The notes beneath the pieces were generated by a model that was not told the DNA's origin, did not search any database, and was given only the letters and a program-made list of their open reading frames with translations. Shown here in pieces: positions 49,216 to 59,328 of a stretch of 64,000 nucleotides of DNA (positions are counted from its first letter, which is position 1; every line of letters starts with the position of its first letter). The stretch is from an uncultured Bacilli bacterium (GTDB lineage: Bacteria; Bacillota_I; Bacilli_A; RF39; UBA660), in NCBI GenBank assembly GCA_947629445.1, contig CANRDU010000004.1, positions 8,562 through 72,561 of the forward strand, given 5' to 3'. Both the position numbers and the translations under genes were made by a program.

Positions 49216-50144
49216 AAGTATTCTTGATATCAGATATTTCGGATATCGATGGATTAACTCCAGTTATTTTAAGTGAATTAGCGTTTGAAGATTTCGACTA
49301 TCATCTTCTTCATGTAACCAAATTAGATGAATATTTAAAAGAAAAAATTCAAGAGAAATTTTTTGATGATTATGATAAAGTCTTCCTTACGGATTTATGT
49401 ATGAGTAGGGAAATGGCAGAGGAAATCAATACACTTTCCTGGAAAGATAAGTTTCAAGTGCTTGATCACCATTATCGCAATCTCGAATTGAATCAATATT
49501 CCTTTATTACGGTAGTAGATGAGAGAAATGGTATTCATGAATCGGGGACTAGTTTGTATTATGAATATTTGTTAAAACATTATCGAAATGAATTTCTCAT
49601 GAAAAATAGTGTTTCTTACATGGTTTCTTTAGTCCGCTTGAATGATACTTGGGAATGGAAGAAGTTTGGGGTAGAAGAAGCTCGTTACTTACCGATTCTC
49701 TTAGGATATTATGGGATTGATTTTTATATTCAAAATTATGTAGACTTCTTGAAGAAAAATAAAGAATTTTATTTTACCAAGGCAGAAACCATTTTAATTG
49801 ATACGGAAAAAAGACGTATTCAAGAATATATAGAAGAGCAAAAACCAAATGTTATTTTTAAAGAATTGGATGGTTACCGCGTAGGAATTGTCTTTGCGGA
49901 ACTTTATCGTAGTGAGTTAGGAAATGAATTAGCAGAATTTTATCGTGATAAAGTGGATGTTATTATGATTATCAACTTAAATAGAAGCCTTAGTTTCCGT
50001 GGCATAAAGGAAGACTATGATGTTGCTAGTTTTGCTAGCCTTTTTAAAGGAAGTGGACATAAATTAGCAGCAGGAGCTCCTTTACCAGATGGCTTAAAAG
50101 AGAAAATCGTAGACTTCATATGGAAGGAGGTTCAAGCTTCATGA
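49212..50144 (+). CDS. DHH/DHHA1-family phosphoesterase
   Basis: VLDHH and GSGHKLAAGAP motifs. Confidence 0.65.
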   Translation: MKVFLISDISDIDGLTPVILSELAFEDFDYHLLHVTKLDEYLKEKIQEKFFDDYDKVFLTDLCMSREMAEEINTLSWKDKFQVLDHHYRNLELNQYSFITVVDERNGIHESGTSLYYEYLLKHYRNEFLMKNSVSYMVSLVRLNDTWEWKKFGVEEARYLPILLGYYGIDFYIQNYVDFLKKNKEFYFTKAETILIDTEKRRIQEYIEEQKPNVIFKELDGYRVGIVFAELYRSELGNELAEFYRDKVDVIMIINLNRSLSFRGIKEDYDVASFASLFKGSGHKLAAGAPLPDGLKEKIVDFIWKEVQAS

Positions 50145-50659
50145 ATTTAGAAGTGGTGCGAGTAGGGTATTTACGTACGAACTGTTATATTTTGAAAAAA
50201 GAAGGACAAGTTTTAGTAATTGATCCTGGAGATGAATATTCTAAAATCAAAGAAAAAATAGGGGAAGATGCAGTTGCTGGCGTTATTATTACCCACCATC
50301 ATCCCGATCATGTAGGTGCTTTAGAATATTTTGATGCGGAAAAGATAAAGGATTATTTTAATATGAAGGAAGGGATGCATCAGGTAGGACCATTTTCCTT
50401 TGAAGTCATTTATACACCGGGGCATAAAAGTGATTCTATCAGTATTTACTTTGCCTCAGAAAAATGGATGTTTACGGGGGATTTTCTTTTCCGAATGAGT
50501 ATTGGAAGGACAGATTTTCCAACTGGCAATATGGACGAAATGATAGAAAGCCTAAAGAAAGTAAGTTCTTATCCCAAAGATATTACCATTTATCCGGGAC
50601 ATGGTCCTTCTTCTTTATTAGGCGAAGAGTTAGCGAATAACCAATATTTGTTGCAATAA
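50141..50659 (+). CDS. MBL-fold metallo-hydrolase
   Basis: THHHPDH motif. ATGA overlap with the upstream gene. Confidence 0.8.
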   Translation: MNLEVVRVGYLRTNCYILKKEGQVLVIDPGDEYSKIKEKIGEDAVAGVIITHHHPDHVGALEYFDAEKIKDYFNMKEGMHQVGPFSFEVIYTPGHKSDSISIYFASEKWMFTGDFLFRMSIGRTDFPTGNMDEMIESLKKVSSYPKDITIYPGHGPSSLLGEELANNQYLLQ

Positions 50660-50660
50660 C

Positions 50661-50689
50661 TTTACAAGTAAAAAAAAGAATGTTATAAT
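50661..50689 (+). promoter_or_regulatory. Sigma-A promoter of the pheST leader
   Basis: TTTACA, 17 nt spacer, TATAAT. Confidence 0.65.
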
Positions 50690-50695
50690 AAACAT

Positions 50696-50921
50696 GTTTT
50701 TAGAAAGAGCGATAATAGGAAAGTAGTAATAAAGTAATGGAAAAAAGAGAGTTCATGGTTGGTGTGAATGAACAAGAAGTCTTTATGAATTCGTTCCTTA
50801 GCATTGTAAAAGAAAATTTATGACGGTGACGCGTTATAGTCTTGAGATTATTATGTAAATAATGATAAATTAAGGTGGTACCACGAGCAATTCGTCCTTA
50901 GCTGTGGTATCTCTTTTTTTT
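50696..50921 (+). promoter_or_regulatory. T-box riboswitch leader (Phe; UUC codons at 50790-50796)
   Basis: AGAGAG...GGTTGGTGTGA stem I distal motifs. T-box aaattaaggtggtaccacgag. Terminator taccacgagc / gctgtggta followed by T8. Confidence 0.85.
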
Positions 50922-50986
50922 GAAGTTTTATCATAAAATTCATAGATTTAACCTACTGTTAAAAGCGTTAGAAGGGAGAAAAAAAG

Positions 50987-52027
50987 ATGAAAGATTTAGA
51001 AAAAATATTATCAGAGTTAGAAACCAAAGTGAAAAAAATAGAAGAAGAAGGGGATTTAAATAATCTTCGCGTAGAATATTTAGGAAAAAAGGGATGCATT
51101 ACCGCACTTTCTGCGAAAATTGGGGAACTACCTATTGAGGAGAAAAAGACATTCGGAGCGGAACTTAATCGCGTTAAGAGTAAAGCTACTGAGTTGATTG
51201 AGGCAAAAAAGAAGGAAATTGATGATCGAATCTTAAATGAAAAACTAGCGAAAGAAGATATTGATGTTACTTTGCCATCTACTCCAATTCCAACGGGTGC
51301 TCCGAATATTCTTGAAAATATTATCGAAGAAGTAGAGGATGTTTTTATGTCTATGGGATATGATGTTGTGGATGGACCCGAGATAGAAGAAGATCACTAT
51401 AACTTTGAATTGTTAAATATTCCAAAAGGACATCCCGCTCGTGATGCTCAAGATACTTTCTATATTGAAGATGAGACAATGCTCCTAAGAAGTCAAACTT
51501 CTCCTGTACAAGCACGTACGATGTTAGCAGCTGGTGGGGATAAACCAATTCGGATGATTTGTCCAGGAAAAACCTATCGAAGAGATGCGGATGATGCTAC
51601 TCACTCTCATCAATTTATGCAGATAGAAGGATTGTTAGTCGATAAAAATATTAGTCTTTCCGATTTAAAGGGAACATTCGATGTGATTGCGAAAAAATTA
51701 TTTGGGGAGGATGTAAAGACCCGTTTTAGACCTAGTTATTATCAATTTACAGAGCCATCTGTAGAAACGGATGTTTCTTGCTTTGCTTGTAAGGGAGAAG
51801 GATGTCCTATCTGTAAAAATACGGGATGGATTACGGTAAGTGGAGCGGGTATGGTACACCCAAATGTTCTATCGAATTGTGGATATGATCCAAAAGTTTG
51901 GTCAGGCTTTGCTTTTGGATTTGGGGCAGAAAGACTTGCAATGTTAAAGTATGGTGTCAATGATGTTCGTACATTCTATCAAACAGACTTAAGAGAATCA
52001 AAGACATTCGATAGAAAGGATGTGTAA
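50987..52027 (+). CDS. pheS: Phenylalanine--tRNA ligase alpha subunit
   Basis: Class II motifs, e.g. HPARD, FRPSYYQFTEPS and GFAFGFGAERL. Confidence 0.9.
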   Translation: MKDLEKILSELETKVKKIEEEGDLNNLRVEYLGKKGCITALSAKIGELPIEEKKTFGAELNRVKSKATELIEAKKKEIDDRILNEKLAKEDIDVTLPSTPIPTGAPNILENIIEEVEDVFMSMGYDVVDGPEIEEDHYNFELLNIPKGHPARDAQDTFYIEDETMLLRSQTSPVQARTMLAAGGDKPIRMICPGKTYRRDADDATHSHQFMQIEGLLVDKNISLSDLKGTFDVIAKKLFGEDVKTRFRPSYYQFTEPSVETDVSCFACKGEGCPICKNTGWITVSGAGMVHPNVLSNCGYDPKVWSGFAFGFGAERLAMLKYGVNDVRTFYQTDLRESKTFDRKDV

Positions 52028-52029
52028 TT

Positions 52030-54405
52030 ATGATTAGTTTAAATTGGGTAAAAGATTACGTCGATTTAGAAGGGGAAGATTTAGGCGAACTTGCTGTTAA
52101 AGTTACCAAAGCGGGTGTCAATGTAGAGCAAGTAATTACTAAGCATATCGATAATCTTGTCATTGGCCATATTTTAGAGTGTACGGATCATCCAGATAGT
52201 GATCATCTCCATCTATGTCAGGTAGATATTGGAAAGAAAACCGTGCAAATTGTCTGTGGTGCTCCTAATGTTCGCAAAGGCCTAACGGTTATTGTCGCAC
52301 TTCCTGGATGCGTTTTACCAGGAAATGTGGAAATTAAAGCTGGCAAAATTCGTGGTCAAGAATCTAATGGAATGATTTGTGCTTTATTTGAACTCGGAGT
52401 AGAAGAGAAAACAGAAGAAAATTATGCCAAAGGAATTGAAGAAGTAAAGGAAAAATTAAAACCGGGAAGTGATGCAAATCTTTATTTAAAAACGGATGAT
52501 ACTCTCTATGAATTAGATGTTCATAAACATAGAAATAATGATTGTTATTATCACATTGGTTTTGCTTATGAAATTGCTTGTATTCTCAATAAAAAAGTAA
52601 AACTTCCAGATTGTTCTTACAAAGAAATAAAAGAAGATATTCACGATTATATGGATTTAAAAGTAAAGACCAAAAAATGCCCTTATTATACGGCTAAAAT
52701 GGTTCGTGATGTCGTCATTAAAGAGTCTCCAGAATTCATTCAAAGAAGATTAATTGCGGCAGGAATGAGACCAATTAATAACGTTGTTGATATTTCTAAC
52801 TACGTTATGCTAGAGTATGGACAACCTCTTCATTTCTTCGATAAAGATAAATTAGGCGATAAAATTTTAGTAAGGGATGCTAAGGAAGAGGAAGAAATTA
52901 TTACTTTGGATGGTCAAAAGAGAATCTTAAAAGCAAGCGATATTGTTATTACGGATTCTAAGAAACCTGTATGTATCGCGGGAGTTATGGGTGGAGAAAA
53001 TACAGATGTCGATGAAAATACGAAAAATATTTTAATTGAAAGTGCTATTTTCGATGCCGTAAGTATTCGTTATACTGCTTCTAATTTGAATTTAAAGAGT
53101 GAAGCATCTATTCGTTATGGAAAAGGTCTAAATTATGAATATACAGATGCAGCTTTAAATCGAGCTTGTCATTTGCTCCAAAAGTATGCCGATGCCAAAA
53201 TTTTAACGGGTACTTTAAAATATGATAAAGTAGATAAAAAAGAAAAAGTAGTTTCTTTTGAAACTAGCGAGATCAATTCTTTATTAGGCATTACCATTAC
53301 CGATGATGATGTCAAAACAGAACTTGGACGCTTAGATTTCCCTTATACTTATAAGAAAGGAAAATTTACGGTTACGATTCCAAGAAGAAGATTGGATATT
53401 GATCCAAATATTAATGATATTGCCGAAGAAATTGGTAGACTCTATGGTTACCATAATCTCGTATCTACCTTACCAGTAGTACCAACAAGACGTGGTGTTT
53501 ATGTAGGAGATGTTGGGATTAGAAAAACGATTTCAAAACGTCTTCGTGCTTTAGGATTAAATGAGACAAAGACATATACCTTAGTAAGTGAAGAGATGGC
53601 TAAAGCATTCCGTTATGATAATAAGGAAGCCGTTCTTTTACCAAATCCACTTAGTTCTGATAAATCGATTGTTAGAACTAGCCTGTTACCATCTCTTATG
53701 AATGTCTATGAATATAATAAATCTCGTCATGTCGAGGATATTTTACTCTATGAGATTGCGAAAACGTACAATAAAGCGTATGAAGAAGAAAGCAAAGTAG
53801 CCATGTTGATAAAAGGAAATTACCTTATCAATCAGTGGCAGGGAACAAAGGTAAAATGTGATTTCTATTGTTTAAAGGGAATTGTTGAAAACCTACTTAC
53901 GTATTTAGGATTTAAAAATCGCTATACTTTTGAAAAAGCAGTATTACCAGAACTTCATCCAGGTATGAGCGCTGTTATTAAGTTAGATAGAGAAATCATC
54001 GGAGTTATTGGAAGAGTTCATCCAAGTTATCATAAAGATGAAATTTATGTAGCAGAACTATCTATGACCAAATTATATGAAAAACAAGTAAAACCAATTA
54101 GATATAAAGAAGCTTCTAAATATCCAGAAATTAAAAAAGATTTAGCATTTGCTATCGATAAGAAAGTCGAAGTAAATACGATTATCAATCAAATCAAAAA
54201 ATCTGGTGGAAAGCTTCTTACCGATATTCAAGTATTTGATTTATATATGGGAGAAAATGTTGGAAAAGAGGAAAAATCCGTTGCCTTTTCATTGACATTC
54301 TCAGATTCTACTCGTACCTTGAGTGATGAAGAAGTAACCCAAGTATTTGATAAAATTATTGCGGATACGACGAAAAATTTATCTGCAAAATTAAGGAATA
54401 AGTAA
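52030..54405 (+). CDS. pheT: Phenylalanine--tRNA ligase beta subunit
   Basis: 791 aa with a tRNA-binding N-terminal domain (HPDSDHLHLCQVDIG), B3/4 and B5 domains, and an FDX-ACB C-terminus. Confidence 0.9.
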   Translation: MISLNWVKDYVDLEGEDLGELAVKVTKAGVNVEQVITKHIDNLVIGHILECTDHPDSDHLHLCQVDIGKKTVQIVCGAPNVRKGLTVIVALPGCVLPGNVEIKAGKIRGQESNGMICALFELGVEEKTEENYAKGIEEVKEKLKPGSDANLYLKTDDTLYELDVHKHRNNDCYYHIGFAYEIACILNKKVKLPDCSYKEIKEDIHDYMDLKVKTKKCPYYTAKMVRDVVIKESPEFIQRRLIAAGMRPINNVVDISNYVMLEYGQPLHFFDKDKLGDKILVRDAKEEEEIITLDGQKRILKASDIVITDSKKPVCIAGVMGGENTDVDENTKNILIESAIFDAVSIRYTASNLNLKSEASIRYGKGLNYEYTDAALNRACHLLQKYADAKILTGTLKYDKVDKKEKVVSFETSEINSLLGITITDDDVKTELGRLDFPYTYKKGKFTVTIPRRRLDIDPNINDIAEEIGRLYGYHNLVSTLPVVPTRRGVYVGDVGIRKTISKRLRALGLNETKTYTLVSEEMAKAFRYDNKEAVLLPNPLSSDKSIVRTSLLPSLMNVYEYNKSRHVEDILLYEIAKTYNKAYEEESKVAMLIKGNYLINQWQGTKVKCDFYCLKGIVENLLTYLGFKNRYTFEKAVLPELHPGMSAVIKLDREIIGVIGRVHPSYHKDEIYVAELSMTKLYEKQVKPIRYKEASKYPEIKKDLAFAIDKKVEVNTIINQIKKSGGKLLTDIQVFDLYMGENVGKEEKSVAFSLTFSDSTRTLSDEEVTQVFDKIIADTTKNLSAKLRNK

Positions 54406-54425
54406 AAACATTTATTCCTTTTTTA

Positions 54426-54454
54426 TTGAAAAAATTGATAGATTTTGATATACT
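54426..54454 (+). promoter_or_regulatory. Sigma-A promoter of the pilin-like gene
   Basis: TTGAAA, 17 nt spacer, TATACT. Confidence 0.5.
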
Positions 54455-54477
54455 GTACTTGCATAGTAGGAGGTTGT

Positions 54478-54918
54478 ATGAATAAGAAAGGTTTTACACT
54501 TGTTGAGATGCTAGCTATTGTCGTTATACTTGCAGTAATTGCATTAATCACTACTCCTCTCATATTAGGAATTATCGATAATTCTAGGAAAAGTGCGTTT
54601 GCCTCTAGTGTGAATAGTATGAAGGAAGCAATTGAGAATGATATTGGTAACAGAGACTTTTCTACTGCGATTAGTTATACCTATACAAATGGTTCTCTTT
54701 ATGCAAATATAGATTCTAGACAGGAAGCAGTAGATATGAAGGGAAGCATCGCCGATGCAAAAGCCGGTATCGGAACCGTTGATAGTCTAGGTAATGTCAG
54801 GGTAGCAGTTTATTCTGATAAGTACTGTGCATATGTTGGTGGTAGTGGTAGTTCCAGCGTGACGGTCATTTCTGCCGATGGATTAACACAGGATCAATGC
54901 TTTGCTAAAATAGGATAA
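54478..54918 (+). CDS. Type IV pilin / ComGC-like prepilin (N-terminal cleavage-methylation domain)
   Basis: MNKKG|FTLVEMLAIVVILAVIA with Glu at +5. RBS taggagg. The ORF-track start at 54445 lacks an RBS. Confidence 0.8.
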   Translation: MNKKGFTLVEMLAIVVILAVIALITTPLILGIIDNSRKSAFASSVNSMKEAIENDIGNRDFSTAISYTYTNGSLYANIDSRQEAVDMKGSIADAKAGIGTVDSLGNVRVAVYSDKYCAYVGGSGSSSVTVISADGLTQDQCFAKIG

Positions 54919-54932
54919 GCAACAATGAAATA

Positions 54933-54956
54933 AAAAGGATCAATCCTTTTTATTTT
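54933..54956 (+). terminator. Rho-independent terminator
   Basis: aaaagga / tcctttt stem followed by a T-rich tail. Confidence 0.6.
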
Positions 54957-54974
54957 GATAATGTAGGAGGATAT

Positions 54975-56057
54975 ATGGGGAATGATATTATTTCATCATG
55001 GATAGAACGAAAAAAAACATTTATAATGCAGACTACACTACTTTTCATAAAGTATTTAGTCGATGAAAAAGTAAAATTGAATAAAACGGTAGAATACATG
55101 ACTCGTATTTACTTCCGTGATTTTTATTTAATAGATTACCATTCCTATGAGGAATTAGATACCTATTTTTCGCTTGCTACATCTAAAGATGATTTGTTAA
55201 AAAAAAGTTTATTATCGGCTATTCGCTTTTATAAAGAAAATGGTATAGAGGAAAAAATAGAAGAAGATATTCGCACCATCGTTTTACTAGCCAATTCTTT
55301 CTATTTAGCGCTCAGTTTAAATGAAATAATGGATGCTTGCTATGATAAAAACTCTACAGATTTTATCTCTCCATTTTTCAAAAAGTATCAAAATAAAATG
55401 CGTATCTGTAAAGAGGGAAAACTTCCAAAACTGGAAGAAGAAGTTACTACACTTTTCAAAAAAGAACTTGCCATTTATCGAAAGTTTTTTAAATGTTTGG
55501 AAGATTCTCAATTTCACTTGACTTTAGAGCCAATTTTGGATTATACAAGTGGCTATATGGTATATGGAAAACAAGATATTCGTATGCTTTTACGATATGC
55601 TAAGAATGAGGTAGAACAAGTTTATCAAGAAAAATTTTATTTTCAACATTTACTGATTATCCTAGAAAAGATAGAAATTGTCATCATTAAAAATATGATG
55701 GCAAATGATAATTTTCATTGCTATTTTGTGGAAGTACCTCTTGCTTTCATAGAAAAGGAAAATTGCTATGAAACGATCAAGAAAATTGGAAGTCATTTGC
55801 AATTCCGTCAAAGGGTAGTATTTGTTTTTTCTTATAAAGAAATTATGAGGCATAGTAAAGTATTAGAAATGTTACGAAAGGATGGTTTCAAGGTAGCCAT
55901 TAAAGACCTCGAGGAATTAGAACTTTCCGAGAAGATAGTGTCTACGGTTCAATATCTATTTATTCGACCAGAACTATTAGATGGCAATCCTTCTTATTTA
56001 TCTTCTTGTGAAGATAAAGATATTCACTTTATTCTTTGGGAAGGAGGAGTATCATGA
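54975..56057 (+). CDS. Hypothetical protein (360 aa), possibly with a degenerate EAL-like C-terminal domain
   Basis: RBS aggagg. By-eye resemblance of the C-terminus to EAL blocks (see findings). Confidence 0.5.
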   Translation: MGNDIISSWIERKKTFIMQTTLLFIKYLVDEKVKLNKTVEYMTRIYFRDFYLIDYHSYEELDTYFSLATSKDDLLKKSLLSAIRFYKENGIEEKIEEDIRTIVLLANSFYLALSLNEIMDACYDKNSTDFISPFFKKYQNKMRICKEGKLPKLEEEVTTLFKKELAIYRKFFKCLEDSQFHLTLEPILDYTSGYMVYGKQDIRMLLRYAKNEVEQVYQEKFYFQHLLIILEKIEIVIIKNMMANDNFHCYFVEVPLAFIEKENCYETIKKIGSHLQFRQRVVFVFSYKEIMRHSKVLEMLRKDGFKVAIKDLEELELSEKIVSTVQYLFIRPELLDGNPSYLSSCEDKDIHFILWEGGVS

Positions 56058-56992
56058 ATCAGGAGTGGTTAAATTGTTTAATGCAAATACCCTTAGACAA
56101 TTATGAAACATTTATAGAGAATACAAAATTAGATATGAATCTCGATTTATCTTCTAAATTTTTAGAAAAGGATTATTCTTGGTTAAGTATTGTTGAGAGG
56201 TATTTACCATTCTTAAAAAATACGATGGATTCTTCCTATTTTCTATTAATGGAAAAAGATATTCAAAAAAATTATGACAGTCGTTTCTTATATACGCTAT
56301 TTTTACGACTAGATCATTTTTTACAATCACAATATGAACAGGTTTTAGCAAGTGAGAAAGCGGCTAATCAGAGCATATTACACTTGACGGGAACTACGTC
56401 TTTGGAAGAAGAAGAAATAGACATGGAACTTTCTTTAAAAGTAAAAAAGAAAGGAATTTCAGATAAAGATATCACGGTAAAAGAGAGACTAGAACAAGTC
56501 CTTGCTTTTTTAAAACCGCTACGAGACAGTGAATTTATGAATAGTATGAAAGGCGCTTCTGAAGTTCGTTCTCCCATTCGCCGTACCACTTTACTAGCTG
56601 GACATGAAAATTTTAAAAAACTATTGGAACTGTTTGAATTTTTAGATCACTATGCAATGTTAGAGAAAGCATTGTCTGGAAAAACGAAGAAGAGGGAAAG
56701 TAGCGAATTTTTCATTCCATATTTTTTAAACTATTCCATTTTCTTCCAACCTAATTTTTTTAGGGAAACGGATTTAGATTTTTTAAAGAAATATTTTGAA
56801 TCGTTTATCCGAGAATTTGTGGCACAAAGTTCTATGGATGATAAAACATTTAAAAAAATGGTTAATAAAATGTTTGAAGAGGAATATGCGAAAAAGAAAA
56901 ATCGTGAAAAAAATATTGAACAGATTTTAAAAAAGAGTTTAGATACTCATCAAAAACAGATGAAAGATGCTATCCGTATCTTAAAAGGATGA
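56054..56992 (+). CDS. Hypothetical protein (312 aa)
   Basis: RBS ggaaggagg and ATGA overlap with the upstream gene. No motif recognised. Confidence 0.5.
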   Translation: MNQEWLNCLMQIPLDNYETFIENTKLDMNLDLSSKFLEKDYSWLSIVERYLPFLKNTMDSSYFLLMEKDIQKNYDSRFLYTLFLRLDHFLQSQYEQVLASEKAANQSILHLTGTTSLEEEEIDMELSLKVKKKGISDKDITVKERLEQVLAFLKPLRDSEFMNSMKGASEVRSPIRRTTLLAGHENFKKLLELFEFLDHYAMLEKALSGKTKKRESSEFFIPYFLNYSIFFQPNFFRETDLDFLKKYFESFIREFVAQSSMDDKTFKKMVNKMFEEEYAKKKNREKNIEQILKKSLDTHQKQMKDAIRILKG

Positions 56993-57033
56993 CATCTTTT
57001 TTTCATTGACGGGAAGGTATTGGAAATGCTAAA

Positions 57034-59199
57034 ATGACATTAGGTGATAGCGTGGTAGCAGAAGTATTAGTAGAAGTAAAAGCGAAACAAATTAATGATA
57101 CATTTAGCTATAACATTCCAGATACGATGAGATTAGAAGTTGGCAAACGTGTTTTAGTACCTTTTGGTTCTAGAATCGTAGAAGGCTTCGTTTTAAAAAT
57201 AGAAAAAAAAGAGGTGGATTATTCTCTTAAAGATATCATCGAAGTGGTTGATGAAGAAGTCATTTTAAATCAAGAGTTGTTAGAACTTGGCACCTATATG
57301 AGTAAGATTACGATGTGCAATTTAATTACCGCTTATCAAGCTATGTTACCGAAAGCATTAAAAGCCAAAAAAGGAACCCATGTTCCTAAAAAGGAGATTA
57401 CATATATTGTTTTATTAGATGATGCTTATGCTCCTAAAAATGAAAAACAAAAAGAGTTGTTGGATTTATTAAAAGAAGGACCATTAGAGAAAAAAGAATT
57501 AGAACATTATGCATCTAGTATGAAAAGTCTCCTTCAAAAAGGAATATTAGGACAAAAGAAAAAAGAAGTATATCGACTCGATTATACGATAGAAACATCT
57601 TTGGTAAGACCAACTTTGACAGAAGAACAAGAGCAGGTACTAGAAAAAATTCAAAAAAAGGAAAATACTTTTGCACCTTTTTTACTACACGGTGTTACTG
57701 GTAGTGGAAAAACAGAAGTCTACATGAGATTAATTGAACGGGTATTAGAACAAGAAAAAGAAGCGATTGTTTTGGTACCAGAGATTAGTTTGACTCCACA
57801 ATTAGTAGAAACTTTTCAAAGACGATTTGGAGATGCGATTGCTATTCTGCATTCCCGTTTGAGTGAGGGAGAGAAATATGATGAGTGGCGAAAGATAGCT
57901 AGAGGCGAAGTATCTATTGTAATAGGGGCTCGAAGTGCTATTTTTGCGCCTTTTCGCAATTTAGGTATCATTATTATTGATGAGGAACATACTGCTACTT
58001 ACAAACAGGAAAATAATCCCAAATATCATGCGGTAACCATTGCTTTAAAAAGAGCTAAGACGCATCATTGTCCAGTTGTCTTAGGAAGTGCTACTCCTTC
58101 TTTGGAAAGTTATACACGAGCCAAACTAGGAATTTATGAACTACTTACCATGAAAAAAAGAATCTATCGAAATATGCCAAAAGTATCTTTAATTGATATG
58201 AAGGAAAATATGAAAAAGGGATATCGCATTTTCTCTAAAGAACTATTAGAGGCCTTAGAAGAATGTTTTCATAAAGGGGAACAAGCAATTATTTTATTAA
58301 ATCGAAGAGGATATACAACCTCTATTGTCTGTCATGATTGTGGATATAAGGTAACATGTCCAAACTGTGATATTTCGCTTACTTATCATAAAAAAATAAA
58401 TGCAATGAAATGCCATTATTGCAACTATACAACGGCAAAGCCACAAGTATGTCCGGAGTGTGGAAGTCATCATATTGATGAGTTTGGACTTGGTACCGAA
58501 AAACTAGAAGAGGAATTTCAAAAGTATTTTCCCAATGTTCCGACTATTCGTATGGATGTAGATACGACAACTCGTAAAGGAAGTCATAATGCCATTATTC
58601 AAGACTTTGCTAGTAAAAAGTATTCTGTATTAATCGGTACCCAAATGATAGCGAAAGGTCTCGATTTTGAAGATGTGACATTAGTTGGTGTCATTCATGG
58701 CGATGCCAGTTTAAATATTCCCGATTTTCGTAGTGCCGAGCGGACCTATTCTCTTTTAAGTCAAGTATCGGGAAGAGCTGGTAGAGCCAAAAAAGAAGGA
58801 AAAGTATTTATCCAAGGTTTTAATTTAGATCATTATAGTATCGTAGCAGCAAAAGATCATGATTATGAAAAGTTTTACGAGGAAGAGATGAAAATTCGTA
58901 AAATATTACAGTATCCTCCGTATAAAAATCTGGGAATGATTCGTATGATTTCGAAAGACTATACTCTTTGTTCAAAAGAAAGTGAAAAAGTAGCTTCCTA
59001 CTTACGGAGTCATCTTCCTTCTGATATCTCCGTTTTAGGACCTACTTTAGCGCCGATGCCGAAATATAATAACTCTTATTATTTTCAAATCCTTTTAAAA
59101 TATAAGAAGACGGGAGATATTCTTTCTGCGATTAATTTTTTAAGAGAACAGTATCAACAGAAAAAAAATATTACCTTAGATATTGATTTATCGGTATAG
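57034..59199 (+). CDS. priA: Primosomal replication-restart helicase PriA
   Basis: Walker A GVTGSGKT, DEEH box and a Cys4 zinc-ribbon insert (CHDCGYKVTCPNCD...CHYCN...CPECG). The start may be the GTG at 57052. Confidence 0.9.
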   Translation: MTLGDSVVAEVLVEVKAKQINDTFSYNIPDTMRLEVGKRVLVPFGSRIVEGFVLKIEKKEVDYSLKDIIEVVDEEVILNQELLELGTYMSKITMCNLITAYQAMLPKALKAKKGTHVPKKEITYIVLLDDAYAPKNEKQKELLDLLKEGPLEKKELEHYASSMKSLLQKGILGQKKKEVYRLDYTIETSLVRPTLTEEQEQVLEKIQKKENTFAPFLLHGVTGSGKTEVYMRLIERVLEQEKEAIVLVPEISLTPQLVETFQRRFGDAIAILHSRLSEGEKYDEWRKIARGEVSIVIGARSAIFAPFRNLGIIIIDEEHTATYKQENNPKYHAVTIALKRAKTHHCPVVLGSATPSLESYTRAKLGIYELLTMKKRIYRNMPKVSLIDMKENMKKGYRIFSKELLEALEECFHKGEQAIILLNRRGYTTSIVCHDCGYKVTCPNCDISLTYHKKINAMKCHYCNYTTAKPQVCPECGSHHIDEFGLGTEKLEEEFQKYFPNVPTIRMDVDTTTRKGSHNAIIQDFASKKYSVLIGTQMIAKGLDFEDVTLVGVIHGDASLNIPDFRSAERTYSLLSQVSGRAGRAKKEGKVFIQGFNLDHYSIVAAKDHDYEKFYEEEMKIRKILQYPPYKNLGMIRMISKDYTLCSKESEKVASYLRSHLPSDISVLGPTLAPMPKYNNSYYFQILLKYKKTGDILSAINFLREQYQQKKNITLDIDLSV

Positions 59200-59328
59200 A
59201 AAATTTGTGAATTATTAACCAAAAACTATTTATTTTCAAAGAGATATGATATAATGAAGTTGGTAATAAAGAGTAAAAAGGACTATAAAAGTAAATGATA
59301 ATACAATTTTATGCAAATGAGGTGAGTT

